NCBI GenBank assembly: GCA_045863335.1
Contig: BTVY01000020.1
Coordinates: 27,712-91,711, forward strand
Reading direction: 5' to 3'
Length of the DNA: 64,000 bases
Source of the DNA: Candidatus Hydrogenedentota bacterium
GTDB taxonomy: Bacteria > Hydrogenedentota > Hydrogenedentia > Hydrogenedentales > SLHB01
Position 1 is the first letter of the stretch. Every line of letters begins with the position of its first letter. Positions 40,601 through 49,488 of the stretch are shown here, piece after piece. The notes beneath the pieces were generated by a model that saw only the letters and a program-made list of their open reading frames with translations, was not told the DNA's origin and made no database searches. A program made the translations under genes and the position numbers.

Positions 40601-43600
40601 GCTCCGCCGGGTCGAGGGCCTTCGCCAAGCGAAGGTCGCGTATTGGAACGTCCCGTTCCGGAAGCGCCGCATTCTGCGTAACCGTCGTGAAGGGGTCCGT
40701 CGCCACAATCTGGAGGTACTGGCGCCCCTGCAGGTCCGCGCGTGGAATCGTCACGACCCCCTCACCATCCGGCTTCAGGTTGTAGAACACGGCCGGGTCG
40801 CTGCCGAGAAAATCGTAACTGGGCGAGAATGGCGGAGCCGGCGCGGATTCCTCCATCTGTTCTTGTTGTTCGACCATTCGCTGCCGCTCCGGCGCAGGCG
40901 GGGGTGGCGGCGGCGGAGGCGGTTCGGCCGCTGTTGCCGCTTCCTGCTCCGCTTGGGTCTCCTGCACCGCCCATGGATTCAACAACAACGACGGCCGTTC
41001 CAGCATGTTGCCGGGAAACTTCGCTGCGAACCGCCGCTCCAGGATGTACCGGTACTCGTCTCCGATGAACCGGCCCGATTGATACAAGGCGTAGCCCGCG
41101 TTCACCGCTTTCCCATCCGGCGCGAAGGGTTGCGTCACATTCAACGCATCGAACACGGCAACGTCCGGGTGATAACACGTGGCCGTCACGTGCACGCGCG
41201 TATGGTCGTTCGCGTTCGCAAGGCGTATCGTGACGGTATCGTCGTCTGCGTCCAGCGCCTTAACCTGAAGCGGTGTCGGCTGGTCGACCTCCAACACCCG
41301 ATTCTCAGACGCCACGAAGTAAGGACCGTCGACTCCTTCCGTGAGGCGAACGTGAATCCGCTGATCCGTGGACTTGAGATGCAACAGGTAATCGCCTCCC
41401 GGCAACCCTGCCGCGGTAACGAACCCATCGGCAACCGTCAATGCATCGCTGCGGTCCGCCACATAGGCACCGTCGCGCACTTCCATCAGGGTAACTTGCC
41501 CTTCCCCAGACTCCCCGCGCCGCGGGGAAAACGGAATCCGCAGCGCATCACTTGTATCTCCCTGGAGCAGGTGCGGATAGTTGTACTCGGGTTTCCGCAG
41601 ATCCCAGTGTTGCTCGTTCATGCCTTGGCCGGTGGCAGAAAGATGCTCGATACCCGGCAAACTCCCAAGCACGATGCGCCCCTCCACATCGGTTTTCAGA
41701 CTGACGTCTACCGGGTCGACGAAGTCCACGTGGTTCAAATGCAAGTACACGACATGACCGGGAAGTGGGAACCCGGTCTTATCGCGCGCTTCCAGGATCG
41801 TTTCCTCCCCCACGCGCGACAGAAACAGGGCCGCAGTCTGCTCCGTCTTATTGATGCCGTTTACCGGGAATGTCTGTTCCGCGACCACGTCCACCGTTTC
41901 CGGATTCGTCAGACGGTCGATGCTCCCGGTCAACGTAAACCGGAGTTCCGCGAGATTGTCAGGGACCCTGAAGCGGTGGACGAACAGTTCGCTGCCGTGC
42001 AGGGAAATGTCGCGTAGGCGCTGCGTACTGGTGATCCCATCGCCCGTCGTGGACCGTATCGTCAGCGCCGGTTCCCTGACCCAGCCCACCGGAATCTGCG
42101 CGCCATTCAAATACAAAAGCGGCCGAACGGCAACCTGGGCAGTTTGTCCCGCTCGCAAGGATTCGCTGTCCACATGGAAACCCGCTACGAGCCGGTACTC
42201 CTCGGCCTCATGCTGGAACCGGTCCAACGCCGCAAAGTCCCCATCGCACAAGACGAGTGGTTTCTGGCCGGGGTCTGTCGAGAACGGTATCGCGATCTCG
42301 CCGTCCTCGTTCGCCGCGTATAGGTTTCCAGAGAACCATACTGAAGCCTTTGGCAACGGCTGCCCCGTCTCATTGAGCACCGTGATCATCTGGCCTGCCG
42401 GCCCCGTGCGGCAGACGTATTGCAGTCGGCCCTTGTGTACGACCGCGCGGCTGCTTTTGCCGTTCCCGACAAACTCGATAACCCACACACCGCGTCCCGT
42501 CAGTTCCGGAAACCCGAACTCGCGTTTCACCCGGCGCAGCGGCGCTTCGGAATAGGTGTGCACCTCCTCATGATTCGGGACAAGACCGTCCAGGTCGATG
42601 TCGATGTTCACCTCCCGCGCGAACTGCTGGTAATAGTTCTTGGCGTCGATCGCATAGACCTTGACCAGCAGCCGCTCCACATTCTTGATCCAGAGTTGCA
42701 GCCGGATGTCCTCGTCGGGTGCGAAGCGCGCCCGGTTCTCCGGCACAAACTCCACATCCACCTGTTTCTTCAGGTGATCGACGCTCGCGGGATCGAGCCA
42801 GGAATACCATTGCTCAAGATCCCCCTCTTCCTGCACCAACTTCGTTTCCGCGAAGAGGCGCCGCAGGTAATCCTCGCGAACGTAGGTCTCGAAATCGCCA
42901 TGGTCTTCATCGGTTGCGAAGAAATGCATCAAATACTGGCGCACCAGCAAGGCATCCGAGTCCGGAGGATTCAGATTGGTTGCGGACAAATGGTCGCCGT
43001 GGACGTTTTCAACCAGCGGTACGTTGCCCAGGGAACGGAGGTACGCCGGATTCACATAGTCGGCTTGGCGCGGCAATCGCAGGTACTCGATGAACCGCGC
43101 GCGATCGAACACGCCCTGGGACATGTCGTGCTGCAAGCGATGAAACTGGACGAGCGACTTCAAGGAGTTGTGCGCGGGCGCCAACCGCTCTGTGAATGCG
43201 GCCAACCGTTCCAAATACGCCTCGTAGACCTCCGGCTCGATCCGCCAGTTCGGCTCGTCAGCGCTGGGCCGGAGCCGTTGTAAATAGGCAAACACGAACG
43301 CGTCGTTGTTTAACAACTCCGGCTTGAGAACGAGTAGTTCATCCAGTTGCTCCCGCACCAGCATCGTATGAACCGGAAGCGACCCGAACCCGCCGCTATG
43401 GCGAGCGCTCAGATCCTTCGCGATCAAAGCGGGGAGATTCGGATAGTCCGGTAGATCAAGCGACTGCAAGAGACCGCGCAGGCGGGGTTCGCTCAAGTCC
43501 ACGGTCAAGAGCCAATCATAAGAGTGGCGCGTGAAGCCGTTGACCATATCCGCGTACTGAGGATTGTCCAGGGCGCGTTGAAGCAGCGTGGCCCGGCTGA

Positions 43601-44009
43601 TGCTCTCCGGGTCGAGTTGCGACGGTAGGTCCGGCGCCTCGCCCGGCAATTGCCGCTGCTGGCTGAAATCAAGGTTCAGCGCCGCCTTCAAATACTCCAG
43701 CGTCCGCTCCGGGTCGGACGAGTACAGCAGTAGCGCCTGCCGGTTGCGGATCTCCTGCACGCCCGGAGTCTGCCCATACCGTTCAATCCAGGTCTCCAGC
43801 AGCTTGTCCACCTCATCGAATCGCCCCGTCTGCTGAGAATACAGGCAGTGGAAGTAATAGTAGTCCTCCGTCCCCGGGACCAATTCCTTCAGCACCTCCG
43901 CCCGGTCGTCCGCCAGGGCGAAACGCTCCAGAAACGCCAGGTCCGCGGCCCACACCACGCGACCTAGCGCAATGACCGCCACCAATGCGAATACCATGTT
44001 CCTAGCCAT
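37638..44009 (-). CDS. Giant (~2,120 aa) secreted hypothetical protein, alpha-2-macroglobulin-like architecture suspected
   Basis: Uninterrupted ORF, GGGAG RBS, signal peptide; helical N-terminus, serial beta-rich segments, poly-Pro linker, C-terminal FYKDGYTDLRGRFDY. Confidence 0.75.
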   Translation of the reverse strand: MARNMVFALVAVIALGRVVWAADLAFLERFALADDRAEVLKELVPGTEDYYYFHCLYSQQTGRFDEVDKLLETWIERYGQTPGVQEIRNRQALLLYSSDPERTLEYLKAALNLDFSQQRQLPGEAPDLPSQLDPESISRATLLQRALDNPQYADMVNGFTRHSYDWLLTVDLSEPRLRGLLQSLDLPDYPNLPALIAKDLSARHSGGFGSLPVHTMLVREQLDELLVLKPELLNNDAFVFAYLQRLRPSADEPNWRIEPEVYEAYLERLAAFTERLAPAHNSLKSLVQFHRLQHDMSQGVFDRARFIEYLRLPRQADYVNPAYLRSLGNVPLVENVHGDHLSATNLNPPDSDALLVRQYLMHFFATDEDHGDFETYVREDYLRRLFAETKLVQEEGDLEQWYSWLDPASVDHLKKQVDVEFVPENRARFAPDEDIRLQLWIKNVERLLVKVYAIDAKNYYQQFAREVNIDIDLDGLVPNHEEVHTYSEAPLRRVKREFGFPELTGRGVWVIEFVGNGKSSRAVVHKGRLQYVCRTGPAGQMITVLNETGQPLPKASVWFSGNLYAANEDGEIAIPFSTDPGQKPLVLCDGDFAALDRFQHEAEEYRLVAGFHVDSESLRAGQTAQVAVRPLLYLNGAQIPVGWVREPALTIRSTTGDGITSTQRLRDISLHGSELFVHRFRVPDNLAELRFTLTGSIDRLTNPETVDVVAEQTFPVNGINKTEQTAALFLSRVGEETILEARDKTGFPLPGHVVYLHLNHVDFVDPVDVSLKTDVEGRIVLGSLPGIEHLSATGQGMNEQHWDLRKPEYNYPHLLQGDTSDALRIPFSPRRGESGEGQVTLMEVRDGAYVADRSDALTVADGFVTAAGLPGGDYLLHLKSTDQRIHVRLTEGVDGPYFVASENRVLEVDQPTPLQVKALDADDDTVTIRLANANDHTRVHVTATCYHPDVAVFDALNVTQPFAPDGKAVNAGYALYQSGRFIGDEYRYILERRFAAKFPGNMLERPSLLLNPWAVQETQAEQEAATAAEPPPPPPPPPAPERQRMVEQQEQMEESAPAPPFSPSYDFLGSDPAVFYNLKPDGEGVVTIPRADLQGRQYLQIVATDPFTTVTQNAALPERDVPIRDLRLAKALDPAEHYVEKKRVRVLEGGETLQVSLTGEAQVQTYDSIPAVYALYLTLHGDPKLREFQFVTRWSELTPDEKREQFSKYASHELNFFLYHKDKAFFDATVRSFLDNKAAKTFLDHWLLGDDLSEYLQPWQYGQLNLVEKILLAQRVSDEGPHTQRYVQDAFDMIPPNPEWFNALFMTALYGGALAGGSGGSLQNVQVGGEIRVRENYFADRAYDVDGNGIQQSIPFFSKADGDQLSAGGGGAFGGRQGGAGEPAIAGMEVHDLTQTYDGPADELDSLGFVEQRTRLNVIADFDEEAVNRYRALYRAQETTREWVENNYFKLPIHQQSAGLIPVSAFWLDFVQREEGQPFRSEHLAEAANSFTEILLALAVLDLPFEGSAHETASGDTHYAVKAASPLVAFYKDIEPAEGTSADTPVLVSQNFFRLDDQYRHEGNQRFDKFVTDEFLSGVVYGCQVTVTNPTSTPHNIELLRQVPEGSIPVAGGRYTKSERMRLEPYSTATIEYHFYFPEPGEFSHYPVHVSEEGALLAFAEPHAMRVVEEPSTVDTTSWQYVSQQGTSEEVLEFLRTHNLNRIELSSIAWRMRDREFYEEALALIRQRHVYQPVLWAFAVYHNDSEGIETYMQYRDDFVAASGPSLESPLLTIDPVERKAYQHVEYAPLINPRAHDLDNKWSITNEQFRVQFASLMNILAHRATLDDEDLMAVTYYMLLQDRVADALRFFDRVQADKLETRVQHDYFAAYLALYEEDPDRAARIAGQYKEYPVERWRDLFGEVRTQVAAITGGEGVGVDGTNRMAQDQLAAEAPRLELEVKDDVIVLHHMNLESCRLSFYPIDVEMLFTRNPFAPAQSSLFAGVKPAEEQTVQFDPNESQRTIPLPDAFADRHVVIQAEAAGINRTSIRFASSLIAQLIETYGQVHVVDKKTNEPRPKVYVKVFADMENGGSVFYKDGYTDLRGRFDYASSSTLDVGMVRKFAILVLDEERGAKILTATPPGR

Positions 44010-44197
44010 ATTCGATCTCTCCCTGGGATTGCGACGAGTGCCAAGACAGTACATGCCCCGCTCCGAACGGAAGTTCCCGCCTATAGTGAACGAATAAAGA
44101 CGGCACTTTGTCTACATTGAGACCCCCCTTGCCTCAAACTAGTTCGATTCCCGCAACCGGTACCGGAGTAAAGATACTCTCCCGCGGACTGTGTTCT

Positions 44198-44348
44198 TCG
44201 CTATCGCTATCGGGATCGCTATCGGGATCGGTATCGCGCGGAATGGCCAATACGTCGCGGGATAGTAGGAAACCACCCGCTTTGCATGCCTCTCAGGCGA
44301 TATGCAACGGAGTTGGGCCCTCGATCCCGATTCCGATAGCGATACCGA
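44198..44348. repeat. Inverted clusters of ATCGNN hexamer repeats
   Basis: TCGCTATCGCTATCGGGATCGCTATCGGGATCGGTATCG and CGATCCCGATTCCGATAGCGATACCGA. Confidence 0.65.
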
Positions 44349-44525
44349 GCACGGAGAAATCACGACTGCATTGATTCGCAACTGTTCTTGCACAAACAAC
44401 CACGCCTGTGGCGCGGTCTCTGGCGCAGGAGAACCCAACGACGGAATGGAGTACCCCCGTCGGTCTCCGAAGTGCCGCGATGGAATGGCAGGCTCGCAAA
44501 CGAGTGTTTAACGAGAAGTTAAAGA

Positions 44526-44602
44526 TGGTGGGCGGTACTGGACTTGAACCAGTGACCCCTTGCATGTCAAGCAAGTACTCTAACCACCTGAGCTAACCGC
44601 CC
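44526..44602 (-). tRNA. tRNA-Val(GAC)
   Basis: GGGCGGTTAGCTCAG...CTTGC-TT-GAC-AT-GCAAG...GTTCAAGTC...CCGCCCACCA; 77 nt with encoded CCA. Confidence 0.97.
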
Positions 44603-44616
44603 TAACGTAGGGCCGG

Positions 44617-44645
44617 ATTGTAGCAAAGCGTCCGCCGCGAGTCAA
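44617..44645 (-). promoter_or_regulatory. Sigma70 promoter of tRNA-Val(GAC)
   Basis: TTGACT-N17-TACAAT with TG extension, then a GC-rich discriminator. Confidence 0.75.
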
Positions 44646-44737
44646 CGCGAAGCCCAGCGGCGGAACGAAGGATATGGCAAACGAACCAAACCGCCGCGCC
44701 ATGGGAAATCTGCCAAGATTCAAGGGAGGATCAGCTA

Positions 44738-45757
44738 ATGAAGGTAGTCGAAATTCGTGAGGCTTTCGGATTTGAGAATCTGGCAGTCGTGGACCGTCCG
44801 GCCCCGACTCCCGGCCATGGACAAGTCCTGCTCCGAGCGCGCGCCACTTCCCTGAACTACCGGGACCTGATGACGATCCGGGGCGCGTACAATCCCCGGC
44901 AGCCCCTCCCGCTCATTCCCCTGTCCGACGGCGTGGGCGAGGTGGAAGCCGTCGGCGAAGGGGTCACGCGTGTGAAGGTCGGCGATCGGGTCGCAGGGAT
45001 CTTCGCGCAAGGTTGGCTTTCCGGCAGCCCGACGCGCGAACGGCTGCAACGCACCACCCTCGGCGGACCGCTAGATGGAATGCTCGCCGAAAGGGTCGTC
45101 CTCCACGAAGACGGCGTCGTACACGTACCCGAGCATCTCACCGACGAAGAGGCGGCTTGTCTGCCCTGCGCCGCTGTCACCGCGTGGAGCGCCCTCGTCC
45201 GCCACGGCAACGTCAAGGCCGGTGACACCGTCCTCACCCTCGGCACCGGCGGCGTATCGATATTCGCGCTCCAATTCGCCAAGCTGCTCGGCGCGGAAGT
45301 CATCGTCACATCAAGCAGCGACGAAAAACTCGATAAGGTCAAAACGATCGGCGCGGACCATGGTATCAACTACCGCACCACACCGAAATGGTCCGAAACC
45401 GTCCGCGAGATTACCAATGGCACGGGCGTGGATCACGTCATCGAATTGGGCGGAGTCGGCACACTCGAGCAATCCATGCGCGCCGTTCGCATGGGCGGAC
45501 AGATCAGTCTCATCGGCGTCCTGACCGGTATCGAAGCGCCGCTGAATGTCACCCCCCTCCTCATGCAGGAAGTCCGGCTCCAAGGCATCATGGTCGGCCC
45601 GCGCGACGCGTTCGAGTCCATGAACCGCGCCATCGCTTACCATAAACTGCGCCCCATCGTGGATCGCGTCTTCGAGATGGAAGAGACAAGAGCCGCCTGC
45701 GAGTACATGGCCGGCGGCAACCACATCGGAAAAGTATGCATCCGCACCGCGCCTTAG
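44738..45757 (+). CDS. MDR superfamily NAD(P)-dependent alcohol dehydrogenase-like protein
   Basis: SLNYRDL, PLSDGVGEV, LPCAAVTAW, GTGGVS, HIGKVCI. Confidence 0.9.
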   Translation: MKVVEIREAFGFENLAVVDRPAPTPGHGQVLLRARATSLNYRDLMTIRGAYNPRQPLPLIPLSDGVGEVEAVGEGVTRVKVGDRVAGIFAQGWLSGSPTRERLQRTTLGGPLDGMLAERVVLHEDGVVHVPEHLTDEEAACLPCAAVTAWSALVRHGNVKAGDTVLTLGTGGVSIFALQFAKLLGAEVIVTSSSDEKLDKVKTIGADHGINYRTTPKWSETVREITNGTGVDHVIELGGVGTLEQSMRAVRMGGQISLIGVLTGIEAPLNVTPLLMQEVRLQGIMVGPRDAFESMNRAIAYHKLRPIVDRVFEMEETRAACEYMAGGNHIGKVCIRTAP

Positions 45758-45894
45758 TTTCCCGAGCCCTAAGACGGATCCCGACCAGCACCCGCTGTCT
45801 CTACCGTCCTTACTGCCCCTGCTGCACCTTGATGCCCTGCGCTCGCCAATCGTACCGTGAAACGGACCCTAAGCTTTCTTTGCCCGTCCTGACG

Positions 45895-45903
45895 TGGTAT
45901 ACT
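45895..45903 (+). promoter_or_regulatory. Extended -10 element for tRNA-Val(TAC)
   Basis: TGgTATACT 13 nt upstream of the tRNA. Confidence 0.55.
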
Positions 45904-45916
45904 CTTTCTTCCTTCC

Positions 45917-45993
45917 GGGCGGTTAGCTCAGCTGGTTAGAGCATCTGCTTTACACGCAGGGGGTCGGGGGTTCGAATCCCTCACCGCCCACCA
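45917..45993 (+). tRNA. tRNA-Val(TAC)
   Basis: GGGCGGTTAGCTCAG...CTGC-TT-TAC-AC-GCAG...GTTCGAATC...CCGCCCACCA; 77 nt. Confidence 0.97.
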
Positions 45994-46191
45994 TTCTTCG
46001 TTCGCGCCAGGCGCGCTTGTATCGCCCCCGCCAGTATTGGCGGATCGCGATCGGCGGCGTGATGAGCCGCGTTCCCCCTGCACCGCAGCAAATCGGTCAA
46101 TGGCGGTCATCGCAACAGAGACGGCGCTTCTCCGCACCGCGTGTGCTACGATGTGCGGCCGGGGTCTACAACCAACCGTCGGAGTGTCGTC

Positions 46192-49100
46192 ATGAATTTC
46201 GCGGCCGCAGTGTTCATGGTTTCCATCCTCTCCACGCAAGCGGCAACAGGTCTGCCCGTGCCGGATACCACCAACTGCTACCTGCCGATCGAGGGCGGTT
46301 GGAGTTTGCGCATTTCTGGTAGGGACATAGTGTCGGCTGCCTTACCGGAATCGACCATCGGCGTCGTACAGGACAATTCGCGTTTGCACCGACGTCCGCT
46401 GTATCCACCCGCGGACCGGTCGCTCATCTGGAATGAGGACGAGCGGGTGAAACTGCAACGCTGCGGGTTCCGGCCCCTGGTGCTGGCCTACATGGAGCCC
46501 CGATTCCTATTCGACTTCCATTCCGCCGGCGGCTTGTTGGGGCATCTGCGCGTTGGGCTCGTTGGAAAGGAAAACTCCAAATGGTTGCACGAATGGTCGG
46601 AGATAGACGTCCAGTACATCGACGGCCGAATGGATTATCGGCTCGCGGACCCCGCCTTTCCCGGCATTTCGGTGCAACTCTCCGCCGCGCCATTGGCCGG
46701 TAGCGCGGGCATGGTTCTGCAGATTTCAGCATCCGGTGCCGAAGGATATGAACTCGTCTGGGCCTACGGTGGTGCCTCCGCCTACTTCACCAACTACGCA
46801 ATGAACGCGCCCGAGTTTTCCTTCTCTCCTGAACAGTGCGCGAAAGACGTTTTGACAGTCGACTCGAACGGGTTCTTGCTCGAACGAGACTTTGACGAAG
46901 ACGATGTATATACGAAGGAAATCTTCGCGGCGTCGCGCTACCTGCCGGAATGGACCGCACAAGTCCGCGCCGGAAGCGATTGCCAGGGGCGCACCGGCCT
47001 GGGTGATCCTTCTGCCTTTCTCCTGTCGCCGTCGACGCTGCTGGCCGCAACCGAATGGCGCCAGGAAACGCGAACGCAGATCGGTCGCATTGCAGTCGAG
47101 GCGGCCAAGATTGCAGCAAACGACTTTCAAGCGTTCGTCGTTGTCGGCATGGGCGGAAACATTGTGGATGCAATTGGCGACCCGCGCGCTGCCATGGATG
47201 CGGCGCTCGCACGGAACAATGGAATTGCGAGCCGCGTTGTTACGCGCACACCCGATCCCTACCTCGATGCGGCCATGCGTATGATGGCGTTCGCGACAGA
47301 GGGGACTTGGGGTGACACCGCCATCCTCCATGGCGCCTGGTCGTGGCGCTTCGCTTATCTCGGATGGCGAGGCTGGTACGGATCTATGTGCTACGGCTGG
47401 CCGGAACGAATTCGAAGATCGATCGAGAACCATACGACGCTCGGCGTCATTACGGAGGGTCCCGATGCGGGCGCGCTCGGATCCCTGCTGGAATACAGCC
47501 CGGGCGTTTATTACAACATGAACGAGGTGTTTCTCGATCAGGTCCGGCAGTACTACGAATACACTGACGACGTCAATCTGATGCGGCAAATCTTCCCTGT
47601 ATTGCAGGGCATCCTGGCGTGGGAAGACCGACGGCTGCAACCGGGTGGTGCCGGACTTTACGAGAACAGCCTCAACACCTGGATCAGCGATTCGCACTGG
47701 TACATCGGCGGACAATGCACGCAGGCCTCGGCCTATATGCTCGCGGCAAACCGCTTCGTCGGCGATCTGGCGGAACGCCTCGGCGAAGATGCCGCGCCCT
47801 ACCGGCAACGGGCCGAGCGGATCCGGGCCGCAATACAGGAAACACTCTGGATGCCGGAAAAGGGGGTGTTCGCTGAATACCGCGACACACGCGGAAACCG
47901 CATGCTCCACAGCGAGCCCGAACTGCCGACGATTTACCACTCCGCAGAATTTGGCGCAGCCGACGGGTCGCAGATCGCGCAGATGCTGCACTGGGTCGAC
48001 TCCAACCTGAAGCACGAAACTACGCCCGGCGGCGGTGTCCTGGTTTGGAGTTCCAATTGGTACCCGAATCACGCGCGCAGCTACACGCATAGCACGCACG
48101 AACTAGCCTACGCTGAAGAACTGAACCTGGCCTTGACCAATTACCTCGCGGGGCGTGCCGACGCCGCCTACAGCATTATCCGCGGGGTGATGTGCGGCAT
48201 CTACAACGGCCCCACGCCCGGCGGTTTGTCCTGTCACACCTTCGTCGACGGACGCCAGCGCGCGAACGATGAATTCTCCGACGCCATCAGCATGTGGGGC
48301 CGGGCGGTGGTCGAGGGGCTCTTCGGCATCGTGCCGAATCGCCCGAGGGGCTACGTGACGTTGAGTCCCCAGTTTCCACGCGAGTGGACCGAAGCCTCGA
48401 TCGCGTCACCGGCTTTGTCGTACCAGTGGCTTCGCGAAGGGGAAATGGTATCAATCGAATGGTCGTCGCCGGTAGAGACGTCGATCCACCTGCGGTTGCC
48501 AATACCGGCTAATCGCGTGCACGAAGCAACGGTCAATGATAGAACCACAACCGGCTCCATAGAACCCGGATTCGCGGGCGTGAATTGGCTGCTCGTGGAA
48601 ACACCTTCGAGCCGATCCGGAACGATTCGCGTAACGTACACGCCGGAATCCGTCGAAGCCGTTCCAACGGCGCCGCAGATTGAGCCAAGCCAACCCAGCA
48701 GAGCGCAATGGACGCCACCCGGACCGAAAGCACGCGTTCTTGCGCATTGGGACCTGGTCGATCTCTCCAGTGTCTTTAATTCAAAGGTCACCGATGTGCT
48801 TTCCCGTGTGACCGAGGAAGCTGTTCCGCCGGAAATGCCGGCCAGTCAGGTTGGCTTCGGCTACTGGAAGGACCATCTCCTCCAATACCATGGCAGCCGG
48901 AACCAGGCGATCAGCGACGCGGCCTGGCGCGCCAAAGTGGGCGACGATGAAATCGCGTGGACCACGGACGGCATTCCGTTCAAGACCTCCAAAAAGGGCC
49001 CCAATATCGGCGTCGTGACCCGCGCGGGAGGCTTTCCGGAAACCCTCTCTATCCCAGTCAATGCGAAAGGAAAGGCGCTGTACCTGATGCTCAGCGGCAT

Positions 49101-49452
49101 GACCTTCCCGGCGCAGAGCCATGTCGTCAACCTGCGCATTACGCTGCACTACGCGGACGGCGAATCGGTCGTGCGCGATCTCGTCAACCCCTTTGATATC
49201 GGCGACTGCTGGAGCACCTGGTGCGGCCGGTATCACGACTCCGCCGTGAACGGTTTTGAAAACATCGGCGGCAGAACCGGTCCTGCGGGTTCAATCGAAG
49301 TCGACGACCTGACCCAACCCGTCGCGCTCGACACGGAGGCGCAACTCCTGCGCATGGACCTCCGGGAAGGCGTGAAACTCGAAACAATCACAATGGAAGC
49401 CTACGCCAACGACATCATCTTCGGCATCATGGGCGCCAGCATTTACCGATAG
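46192..49452 (+). CDS. DUF4450-like protein with six-hairpin glycosidase-like domain
   Basis: RPLY; HGAWSWRFAYLGWRGWYG, YYNMNEVF, LYENSLNTWISD, VEGLFGI; start chosen by GGAG RBS. Confidence 0.7.
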   Translation: MNFAAAVFMVSILSTQAATGLPVPDTTNCYLPIEGGWSLRISGRDIVSAALPESTIGVVQDNSRLHRRPLYPPADRSLIWNEDERVKLQRCGFRPLVLAYMEPRFLFDFHSAGGLLGHLRVGLVGKENSKWLHEWSEIDVQYIDGRMDYRLADPAFPGISVQLSAAPLAGSAGMVLQISASGAEGYELVWAYGGASAYFTNYAMNAPEFSFSPEQCAKDVLTVDSNGFLLERDFDEDDVYTKEIFAASRYLPEWTAQVRAGSDCQGRTGLGDPSAFLLSPSTLLAATEWRQETRTQIGRIAVEAAKIAANDFQAFVVVGMGGNIVDAIGDPRAAMDAALARNNGIASRVVTRTPDPYLDAAMRMMAFATEGTWGDTAILHGAWSWRFAYLGWRGWYGSMCYGWPERIRRSIENHTTLGVITEGPDAGALGSLLEYSPGVYYNMNEVFLDQVRQYYEYTDDVNLMRQIFPVLQGILAWEDRRLQPGGAGLYENSLNTWISDSHWYIGGQCTQASAYMLAANRFVGDLAERLGEDAAPYRQRAERIRAAIQETLWMPEKGVFAEYRDTRGNRMLHSEPELPTIYHSAEFGAADGSQIAQMLHWVDSNLKHETTPGGGVLVWSSNWYPNHARSYTHSTHELAYAEELNLALTNYLAGRADAAYSIIRGVMCGIYNGPTPGGLSCHTFVDGRQRANDEFSDAISMWGRAVVEGLFGIVPNRPRGYVTLSPQFPREWTEASIASPALSYQWLREGEMVSIEWSSPVETSIHLRLPIPANRVHEATVNDRTTTGSIEPGFAGVNWLLVETPSSRSGTIRVTYTPESVEAVPTAPQIEPSQPSRAQWTPPGPKARVLAHWDLVDLSSVFNSKVTDVLSRVTEEAVPPEMPASQVGFGYWKDHLLQYHGSRNQAISDAAWRAKVGDDEIAWTTDGIPFKTSKKGPNIGVVTRAGGFPETLSIPVNAKGKALYLMLSGMTFPAQSHVVNLRITLHYADGESVVRDLVNPFDIGDCWSTWCGRYHDSAVNGFENIGGRTGPAGSIEVDDLTQPVALDTEAQLLRMDLREGVKLETITMEAYANDIIFGIMGASIYR

Positions 49453-49488
49453 ACCGGATCCTTCGTACGTTGTGAGAGGAGTACTGAT

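Noticed and set aside
44400-44480. Riboswitch or ncRNA downstream of tRNA-Val(GAC)
   Set aside because: Some pairing potential but no recognisable conserved family motif
44526-45993. tRNA-anchored genomic island or prophage
   Set aside because: No integrase and no duplicated tRNA 3' end noticed elsewhere in the window
2081-48099. Long antisense ORFs (e.g. 2081-3412, 8164-9519, 20623-22086, 23088-24545, 34965-36587, 40518-42017, 46726-48099)
   Set aside because: Shadow frames of well-supported genes in high-GC DNA with no recognisable motifs
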